A stretch of 64,000 nucleotides of DNA, from positions 1 to 64,000 of the forward strand of contig JBMORA010000038.1 in assembly GCA_049320885.1 (NCBI GenBank), written 5' to 3'. Shown here piece after piece: positions 57,302 through 64,000 of the stretch. Source of the stretch: Thermodesulfobacteriota bacterium (GTDB lineage Bacteria; Desulfobacterota; Desulfobacteria; Desulfobacterales; SURF-7). Position 1 is the stretch's first letter, and each line of letters opens with the position of its first letter. The notes beneath the pieces are model-generated. The model saw nothing but the letters and a program-made list of their open reading frames with translations. It searched no databases and was not told where the DNA came from. The position numbers were made by a program, and so were the translations under genes.

Positions 57302-59485
57302 TTATTCCTGAAAGCGGCCGGGGAAAGACGGATAGGTCGCGGACGGCGTTCCTGCCCGGCTGAGGTTGTCGGCCTCTGCGAGAATTTGGTTGAAGCGGTG
57401 CTTCATCTCGTAGAAGCCGTGCCACCAGGCGTAATCCGGCGCCATCATGGCGGCGCCCATGCGGGCCCTGCGGCCTTCATGATGCCAGAATTCATAGAAT
57501 TCCCATTCCAGTGGTTCGTCGAAATAGAGCTGCCGGGACAACCTCCCCTGTTCATACAATCTGTCCATGATTTTCCGGACCGGCAGGTAGTAAACCTCGT
57601 TGTAGTTCTTCACCGTGTCGTCCAGGTTGCGGAAGTGATCCATCACCCAACCTTCGGAATGGCACTGGCGGCAGACCGTTTCCATCCGGCCCCGGGCCGT
57701 CCGCCAATCCACCGCCGCCGGGAAGGGGGTGAATTCCGCTGGCCGGATGGTGAGGGGCGCCTGGGTTTCCCAGGAAAGGCGCCCGGTGACGTCATGGGTG
57801 GCGGCCTCGGCTCCGGCGGCGGACATATGACAGGCCGCGCAGGTAGGGGCGCGGTAGTCCCGGCCGGCGGTCCAGGACCGGTCGGCGGGATCCCAGCTCC
57901 AGCCTTGACCTTCGGTGCCATAGAGGGCGCCGTGTTTGGATTCGTTGTAAATCTCCATCTGGGGATGATCCGGCCCCAGATGACACTGGCCGCAGGCCTC
58001 GGGCTTGCGGGCCTCGGCAATGGAAAAGCGGTGGCGGGTATGGCAGCTGCTGCAACTGCCTTTGCTGCCGTCCGGATTGATGCGGCCCACGCCCACGTTG
58101 GGCCAGCCGGCTACCGGCCGGCCGTTTTCAAGGACCACCTCCGTACCGTGGCAGGCCAGACAGCCCACGGTCCGTTCCACCTGGTTGTTCATGCCGTCCT
58201 TCAGCCAGGAATCCACGGCCCACATGATCTGGTGGGTGTTGGCATGCTTGCTGACCGCATAGGCCTGGGCCTCCTTGGGATGGCAGCCGCTGCAGGTGAC
58301 CGGGCTGACCACCGCGGAGATTTTTCGCGGATCATGGGCCAGATGGGAGGCAAGCGCGGCCTGATCGTTGCCGGGCTGGTGGCATTTATAACATCCCACG
58401 CCTACACCGGCGTGAACGCTCGCCCGCCAGTCCTGGTAAATGCCGGGGGTTTTGAGACGGTGGCAGGCGATGCAGCTCTGATCGGCCACGATTTCGGGGC
58501 GGGTTTCCGGCAGGAGACGCCAGGGCAGGTTCCAGCGCCACAAGCCGATGCAACCCAGAATCAGGAAAATGATCACGAGATTCGTATAGGCCATGGCCAC
58601 GAACACCTTCCGGATGGTCGGCCGGCCGGCCTGGGCTTCGCCTGCGGCGATCCCGCCCATCCGCCGGACTCTGGCCAGCACTTCCGGGCCGTGGGGAGCC
58701 CCGGCCATGGCAGCGGTCAGGTCACCGCCGGCCTGGTGTCTGCCGAAGTGACGGCCGTCCTTCCACTTGGGGCTTTCGGTGACGTCATAGACCGTTCCGT
58801 CATGGACGATATAGGCCGGGTTGCCGTCCGCGCCGGTATACCGGCCGAGGGTCTCCCGGGTGATTCCGTCCTCCGTCTGCGACGGGACTTCCCTGGCGTT
58901 TTTCAGCCGGCCGTGAACAATGGTGACGGCGCAGAGTCCGATGGCCACCATGAGAGCGAACAGCAGGATTTTGATGAACAACAGAAGTCCGAAGGAGTTG
59001 TTGAAGAATTGCTCCAGGCGGTCGATGCGATACCAGGTAAGATAGACCCCGCTGAGGGTCAGCAGGGCCATGCAGGAAAGCCCCAGAATGCGTTCGGGTT
59101 TCGGAATGCCGCCGGTGAGGCGGCCGGGCCGCACAAAAATGTGAATATAGAAAATGGCGCCGAAGAAAATGACCGCCGCCACCAGATGGATATATCCGAT
59201 GAGAAAGCGCAGCACCTGATGATGAGGCGTCTGCAGGGCGGCGGCTTTGTCCAGGACGGCCCGGGAAATGGGATAGCGATAGCCGTTGCGGATATAGGCG
59301 AATCCCGCCGGCCGCAAGGCGCCGCCGGCGTTTTCCTGATGGCAGAAAATGCAACCCTTGCCGGTCCGCCGGGCGTATTCATCCGTGGCGGTAGCCGGAC
59401 CGGGAACCATTGCCAGCCACAAACCGGTCAATAGTATCAGCTGGATAATCAACAATCGCTTGCGGAAGGGATGGTGGGGCGACAT
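57302..59485 (-). CDS. Multiheme cytochrome c fusion: monoheme + CopD-like TM domain + cytochrome b5-like domain + octaheme HAO-like domain
   Basis: Nine CxxCH motifs (CIFCH, CIACH, CYKCH, CSGCH, CLACH, CSSCH, CGQCH, CAACH, CRQCH). b5-like YDVT..W..G.H...H.AG.DLT...APHG. HAO-like CHLGPDHPQ and HHEGRRARMG. Confidence 0.88.
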   Translation of the reverse strand: MSPHHPFRKRLLIIQLILLTGLWLAMVPGPATATDEYARRTGKGCIFCHQENAGGALRPAGFAYIRNGYRYPISRAVLDKAAALQTPHHQVLRFLIGYIHLVAAVIFFGAIFYIHIFVRPGRLTGGIPKPERILGLSCMALLTLSGVYLTWYRIDRLEQFFNNSFGLLLFIKILLFALMVAIGLCAVTIVHGRLKNAREVPSQTEDGITRETLGRYTGADGNPAYIVHDGTVYDVTESPKWKDGRHFGRHQAGGDLTAAMAGAPHGPEVLARVRRMGGIAAGEAQAGRPTIRKVFVAMAYTNLVIIFLILGCIGLWRWNLPWRLLPETRPEIVADQSCIACHRLKTPGIYQDWRASVHAGVGVGCYKCHQPGNDQAALASHLAHDPRKISAVVSPVTCSGCHPKEAQAYAVSKHANTHQIMWAVDSWLKDGMNNQVERTVGCLACHGTEVVLENGRPVAGWPNVGVGRINPDGSKGSCSSCHTRHRFSIAEARKPEACGQCHLGPDHPQMEIYNESKHGALYGTEGQGWSWDPADRSWTAGRDYRAPTCAACHMSAAGAEAATHDVTGRLSWETQAPLTIRPAEFTPFPAAVDWRTARGRMETVCRQCHSEGWVMDHFRNLDDTVKNYNEVYYLPVRKIMDRLYEQGRLSRQLYFDEPLEWEFYEFWHHEGRRARMGAAMMAPDYAWWHGFYEMKHRFNQILAEADNLSRAGTPSATYPSFPGRFQE

Positions 59486-59493
59486 GGCTTCCC

Positions 59494-59541
59494 TTCATAG
59501 CGGTTTTTAGGGTCTATGTCAAATTAATAATTATTGTTATC
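59494..59541 (-). promoter_or_regulatory. sigma70 promoter with an adjacent Fur/PerR-like box upstream of the cytochrome
   Basis: TTGACA (59522-59517), 17 nt, TATGAA (59499-59494). GATAACAATAATTATTAAT at 59541-59523. Confidence 0.5.
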
Positions 59542-59624
59542 AATTGGTTAAGGGCGCGTTGGCGGGCCGGGAAACCGCGCTGGACGGTTTCCCGGTTATT
59601 CGGTGACGGGAGGACCGGGAGATG

Positions 59625-60068
59625 TCATTGCTGCCAGGGGCAGCCGCCTTTTCCACCCATTTTCCCCATTCCGCCGTGGCCAACGCGGCCTTTGCCCATG
59701 CAACCATCCGACCCCATGCCGCAGCCGGGCCCGGCTCCACAGGGCATCCCCAGGGCCAGGGCCTTGAGACGGATTTGATCCTGAAGTTTGGTCATTTCCC
59801 GGGAAAGCTCGCCGGCCCGCTTAGGATCCGGATCTTCCTGGGCCATGATGGCCCGATACTCACCGCGCTTGGCGGCCAACTCCTCCCGCAGGGGCGCGGT
59901 TTCCGCCAGGAATTTCTGGTGGGTTTCCGGGTTCGCCAGGGCGGGACAGCCGCTGGCCGGTCGTTTGGGACCGTTTTCCGCGGGGACAGCGTCCGGCTGG
60001 GCAACCACTTGGGTGCCGGTGATGAGCAAGACCGCTGCCATGATGGCGATCCATCCGATTCGTTTCAT
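59625..60068 (-). CDS. zraP: ZraP/Spy/CpxP-like periplasmic protein
   Basis: AGGAGG RBS, signal peptide, KFLAETAPLREELAAKRGEYRAIM...PD, Gly/Met/Cys-rich tail. Divergent from a ZraSR-like pair. Confidence 0.78.
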   Translation of the reverse strand: MKRIGWIAIMAAVLLITGTQVVAQPDAVPAENGPKRPASGCPALANPETHQKFLAETAPLREELAAKRGEYRAIMAQEDPDPKRAGELSREMTKLQDQIRLKALALGMPCGAGPGCGMGSDGCMGKGRVGHGGMGKMGGKGGCPWQQ

Positions 60069-60139
60069 ACGGGTACCTCCTGATTGGGTTATGGGTGATT
60101 CGGTTTTCCGAAATTCGGTTCCGATGACGACATGGGTTT

Positions 60140-60155
60140 AGCAACCTGCGTGCCA
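60140..60155 (-). promoter_or_regulatory. sigma54 (-24/-12) promoter of the zraP-like gene
   Basis: TGGCACGCAGGTTGCT on the minus strand matches TGGCAC-N5-TTGCW. Confidence 0.85.
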
Positions 60156-60254
60156 GGTTCGATTCGGTCAAACCGATATTCCAGTGGATATACCTGGTAC
60201 GTCCATTCCCGGCATATTCCCGGATTCGGCGGTGGCCGGAAAACAGGAGGAAGG

Positions 60255-60313
60255 TGGGGTGTTTTTACCCATTTTCCGGTTGAACCGGCAGCAAGGTGTT
60301 TACAAATTACCCA
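60255..60313. promoter_or_regulatory. Two candidate enhancer (UAS) sites for the ZraR-like activator
   Basis: Minus strand TGGGTAAAAACACCCCA (60271-60255) and TGGGTAATTTGTAAACA (60313-60297), 42 bp apart and about 100-160 bp upstream of the sigma54 site. Confidence 0.5.
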
Positions 60314-60518
60314 CATATGATACCCTGGCATATCTCCCAAGGGGATGAAATCCAAGCGATCCTTCCCAGGCCGGATTGGTACTGTCCTTGCTTTACCACA
60401 GGACGGCAATTGGGAAAAGCAGTTATGTCCGATTCCGGGCAAGGCATCGGCTTGCGGGAAGCAAAGTCCCCCGGATTGCAAGTCGCGACATCGTCAACAT
60501 CCGACAGGAAGCGGTTGT

Positions 60519-62282
60519 ATGTACATTCCCCCCATCGGCAAGCAACAGAAGGGCATCCCCACCTCACCCTGGATCATTCTGGGGGCGGTGGCGATTCTCT
60601 TCGTCATCCTGATGGCCCTGGCTGTCCGAAACACCAATCGGGAAAGGGCGTATGTGAGTCGCATCCTGATGGAGAAGGGAGCGGCTCTGATCCGTTCCTT
60701 TGAAGCCGGCGCCAGGACCGGGATGATGCGCATGCAATGGGGCGAGCCGAAAATCCAGATGCTGCTGGAAGAGACCGCCCGGCAGTCCGATATTGTCTAT
60801 CTGGTGATTACGGATGCGGATGGAACCATTCTGGCGCATAACGATCCGGGAAAAATCGGCCGGCGGCTTTTCTCCCGCCCGGAACTTGCGTCCATCACCC
60901 CGGGGGATCATGAAAAATGGCGGCTTGCCGGGGGCGGCGCCGCCAGGGCCTTTGAAGTATACCGCTATTTCCGTCCCATGTGCCGGCCCATGCGCTGGTT
61001 CCATGGAAAAGAAGGGTTTCCGGGGAGTCATAAGGGGCTGCGGGAAGGCGCCTGGTGCCTGCCTCCCCGGGGAGGGGGCGGCGATCGCATTATTTTTGTG
61101 GGATTGGATATTTCTTTTTATGAGGAGGCGCGGCGGGAGGATTTGCGCAACACCGTGCTGATTTCCGGAGTCCTCCTGGCCCTGGGTTTCGGTGGGTTTC
61201 TGTCGCTGTTTTGGGCGCATAACTACCGGCTGGCGCGGCGCTCCCTGCAGGATACCAGCGCTTTCGCCAACGAACTGGTGAGCCATCTGCCCGTGGGGCT
61301 TGTCGCCGTCGGTCCGGACGGCAGGATCGCGTTTCTCAACACGGCGGCGGAAAGCATCATGGCCTGCAAGTCGGAGGCCATGGCGGGTCGGGACCCGGAC
61401 ACGGTCTTTCCCGGGGTGTGGCGGGAAATCCAGAAGGAATCGGATCAGGGGCGGGATTTCCCGGAACGGGAAACCGTATGTCGTTTCGGCGGCGACGATC
61501 CGGTTCCCCTGGGCATCAGCGCTTCCAGAATCGTCAATGATGACGGCTTGTTCATCGGTATGATCCTGATTCTGCGCGATCTCGGTGAGGTCCGCCGGCT
61601 TCAGGAGGAAATCCGCCGCCAGGAAAAACTGGCGGCCGTGGGCCATCTGGCGGCCGGGATCGCCCATGAAATCCGCAATCCGCTGAGTTCCATCAAGGGC
61701 CTGGCCACTTATTTCGGCGGGAAGTTCGCCGAAGGCAGCGATGACCACCGGACCGCGGAAGTCATGGTGCGGGAGGTGGAGCGCCTGAACCGCGTCATCA
61801 GCCAGCTGCTGGAGTTCGCCCGACCGGCGGATTTGAAGCGCAGACCCACGGATCTCAACGCCGTCGTGGAGCACGCCCTGCAATTGGTTGGCGGCGATGT
61901 GCAAGCCCGGGGCGTTTCCGTGCAATGGCGGCCGGACAAAAGCCTGGCCTCGGTTTCATTGGATCCCGACCGTCTTTCCCAATGCCTGTTGAATCTTTTC
62001 CTGAACGCCATCCAGGCCATGGAAGCGGGCGGGGTGCTGTCCGTTGCCGTCAGCGGACGAGGCAACCGGGAAATCGTGCTGGAGGTGGCGGACAGCGGCC
62101 ACGGGATTTCCCGGCAGGACCTGCCCAGGATTTTCGATCCGTATTTCACCACCAAGCCGTCGGGCACCGGCCTGGGACTGGCCATCGTCCATAAAATCAT
62201 CGAGGCTCATCAGGGCAGGGTTCAGGTGCACAGCACGGAAGGTGCCGGAACCGTAATTCGTCTGATGATCCCATATGCGTGA
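60519..62282 (+). CDS. zraS: PAS-domain sensor histidine kinase (ZraS/HydH-like)
   Basis: KGAALIRSFEAGARTG, two TM helices, PAS, AHEIRNPLSSIKG, NAIQA, DSGHG, FTTKPSGTGLGL. Confidence 0.85.
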   Translation: MYIPPIGKQQKGIPTSPWIILGAVAILFVILMALAVRNTNRERAYVSRILMEKGAALIRSFEAGARTGMMRMQWGEPKIQMLLEETARQSDIVYLVITDADGTILAHNDPGKIGRRLFSRPELASITPGDHEKWRLAGGGAARAFEVYRYFRPMCRPMRWFHGKEGFPGSHKGLREGAWCLPPRGGGGDRIIFVGLDISFYEEARREDLRNTVLISGVLLALGFGGFLSLFWAHNYRLARRSLQDTSAFANELVSHLPVGLVAVGPDGRIAFLNTAAESIMACKSEAMAGRDPDTVFPGVWREIQKESDQGRDFPERETVCRFGGDDPVPLGISASRIVNDDGLFIGMILILRDLGEVRRLQEEIRRQEKLAAVGHLAAGIAHEIRNPLSSIKGLATYFGGKFAEGSDDHRTAEVMVREVERLNRVISQLLEFARPADLKRRPTDLNAVVEHALQLVGGDVQARGVSVQWRPDKSLASVSLDPDRLSQCLLNLFLNAIQAMEAGGVLSVAVSGRGNREIVLEVADSGHGISRQDLPRIFDPYFTTKPSGTGLGLAIVHKIIEAHQGRVQVHSTEGAGTVIRLMIPYA

Positions 62283-62292
62283 AGGCGGTTGT

Positions 62293-63669
62293 ATGAAACC
62301 GGAAAAACCGTTTGCCATTCTGATCGTCGAAGATGACCCCGGTCATTTGACCATGCTGAAAACCATTCTGCAAAGCTGGGGGTATGCGGCGGCGGCCGCC
62401 ACCGGCGGCAAGGAAGCCGTATCCCTGGTGAAGGCGCAGTCATTTGATCTCATCTTGATGGATGTGCGCATGCCCGACATGAACGGCATCGAAGCCCTGC
62501 GGCAAATCCGCGGCTATAATCCGGCGATCCCCGTGCTGATCATGACTGCCTATTCCTCGGTGGAGTCGGCGGTTGCGGCCCTGAAGGCCGGGGCCTATGA
62601 TTATCTGACCAAGCCTTTGGATTTCGAGGCCTTGAAGCACGGCATCGAACGGGTGCGCGACCATGTAAACCTGCGGGAGGAGAATCGCCTTCTCAAGGAA
62701 AAACTGCGGCAGGGGTTCGATCCAGCCTTCATCATCGGAAAAAGCCGGGCCATGCGGGAACTGATGGACATGGCGGCCATGATCGCTCCTTCCGACGCCA
62801 CGGTCCTGATCACCGGCGGCAGCGGAACCGGCAAGGAATTGATCGCCAGAGCCATTCATCAAAATTCCGGCCGCCGGGACATGGTCCTGGTGACGGTCAA
62901 CTGTGCCGCCATCAGCGAGTCCCTGCTGGAGTCGGAGCTGTTCGGACATGAAAAAGGCGCTTTCACCGGCGCCGACCGCTTTCGGGAAGGGCGTTTTGCC
63001 CAGGCCCATCAGGGCAGCCTGTTTTTAGACGAAATCGGCGAGATGCCGGTCACGATGCAGGCCAAGCTGCTGCGGGCCCTTCAGGAGGGCGAGATCCAGC
63101 GGGTGGGCAGTGACAAAATCCTCAAGGTGGATGTGCGCATCATCGCCGCCACCAACCAGAATCTGGCCAGGGAAGTGGAGACTGGACGGTTCCGGGAGGA
63201 TCTATACTACCGGCTGAACGTGGTCAACCTCACGGTTCCGGATTTGCGGGACCGGATCGAGGATATCCCCCTGCTGGCCCAGCATTTCCTTTCCCGCTAC
63301 GCCGATAAGAACCGCAAGCGCATTCAGGGCTTTTCTCCCCTGGCCATGGATATGCTGCTCAAGTATCCCTGGCCGGGAAACGTGCGTGAACTGGAGAACG
63401 CCGTGGAACGGGCCGTGATTCTCCTGACCGGCGACTATGTCACGGAAAGGGAACTCCCTGCGGCCATCGTCGCCGCCCATGCGGCCGGGCAACCGGATGG
63501 GCCGGCCCTGCCGGATTCCGCCGGGGAACAGACCCTGGAGGCCATTGAAAAGGAGGCGATTCTGAAGGCCCTGGCCGCCGCCGCCGGCAACAAGAGCGAA
63601 ACCGCCCGCCGGCTGGGGATCAACCGCAAGACACTGCATCAGAAGCTGAAAAAATACGAGGTGGAATGA
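62293..63669 (+). CDS. zraR: sigma54-dependent response regulator (ZraR/HydG-like)
   Basis: Receiver domain (VEDD, MDVRMP), GGSGTGKE, GAFTGA, LFLDEIG, WPGNVRELEN, Fis-type HTH. Confidence 0.88.
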   Translation: MKPEKPFAILIVEDDPGHLTMLKTILQSWGYAAAAATGGKEAVSLVKAQSFDLILMDVRMPDMNGIEALRQIRGYNPAIPVLIMTAYSSVESAVAALKAGAYDYLTKPLDFEALKHGIERVRDHVNLREENRLLKEKLRQGFDPAFIIGKSRAMRELMDMAAMIAPSDATVLITGGSGTGKELIARAIHQNSGRRDMVLVTVNCAAISESLLESELFGHEKGAFTGADRFREGRFAQAHQGSLFLDEIGEMPVTMQAKLLRALQEGEIQRVGSDKILKVDVRIIAATNQNLAREVETGRFREDLYYRLNVVNLTVPDLRDRIEDIPLLAQHFLSRYADKNRKRIQGFSPLAMDMLLKYPWPGNVRELENAVERAVILLTGDYVTERELPAAIVAAHAAGQPDGPALPDSAGEQTLEAIEKEAILKALAAAAGNKSETARRLGINRKTLHQKLKKYEVE

Positions 63670-63676
63670 GCCGGTT

Positions 63677-64000
63677 TCAGGCGGCCAGCCATTTGCGGAC
63701 GGCGGGGATGGTTGTTTTTTGCCAGTCCGGGGAGATCCGCAGCCGGATGAAACGGCTGAAGAGTTCATGAACCACGGCCGTCGCCTTTTCATAGAGATAG
63801 ATTTTGTCCAGCACGGCGGCTTCGATGTCTTCCTTGCTTTCCATGGGGCCGGTTTCCGGCAGCTTCACGCTGGAAAGATTCAGGCTTTCCCCTTTCAGGG
63901 AAAACATCCAGGTCATCTCGTTTTCCTTGTACTGCAGATGCATTTCCGTCACCAGGGCGCCTTTCCGCAGGGCCAGGATGCCTTCCTCCAGACCTGCGTC
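63677..64000 (-). CDS. Conserved hypothetical protein, C-terminal part (runs off window end)
   Basis: Frame is open to the window edge: DAGLEEGILALRKGALVTEMHL...FSRFIRLRISPDW. Genome-typical codon usage. Confidence 0.7.
   Translation of the reverse strand, partial: DAGLEEGILALRKGALVTEMHLQYKENEMTWMFSLKGESLNLSSVKLPETGPMESKEDIEAAVLDKIYLYEKATAVVHELFSRFIRLRISPDWQKTTIPAVRKWLAA

Noticed and set aside
57386..59434. 682-aa plus-strand ORF
   Set aside because: Antisense to the multiheme cytochrome, which carries the recognisable motifs.
60511..62295. Identical GCGGTTGTATG at the starts of the zraS-like and zraR-like genes
   Set aside because: Only 11 nt and overlapping the translation-initiation regions, so it may be chance or shared RBS context.

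Overview
GC-rich chromosomal window (roughly 60% GC by eye) whose gene content points to an anaerobic Desulfobacterota (Desulfobacterales-like) bacterium; this taxonomy is inferred. About 55 genes, with no rRNA, tRNA, CRISPR array or prophage recognised. From left to right: a partial CNNM/HlyC gene; a peptide/nickel ABC operon; a decayed sensor/regulator locus; nhaR-mntP opposite a Tim44 gene; an NhaD-like transporter with a CBS partner; TsaA, a B12 radical SAM, TetR and a 4Fe-4S protein. The centre (20.2-35.8 kb) holds a candidate uncharacterised biosynthetic cluster: GT25-like glycosyltransferase, MMPL-methyltransferase fusion, deacetylase, radical SAM/SPASM enzyme, and a translationally coupled operon of two AMP-ligases, a carrier protein, a stand-alone condensation-like acyltransferase, a B12 radical SAM and an FAD oxidoreductase. 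A low-GC patch of toxin-antitoxin and transposase debris splits this cluster. To the right: arfB; a TsaA fused to a VapB remnant; a PilZ-SH3-M48-CHASE2 adenylate cyclase module; Fe-S genes; a beta-oxidation pair; ovoA; a 9-CxxCH multiheme/cytochrome b5/membrane fusion; and a ZraP/ZraS/ZraR-like system with a sigma54 promoter. The strongest novelty candidates are the dissociated adenylation-carrier-condensation radical SAM cluster and the HAO-like fusion cytochrome. All family calls come from motif recognition by eye, not from database searches.
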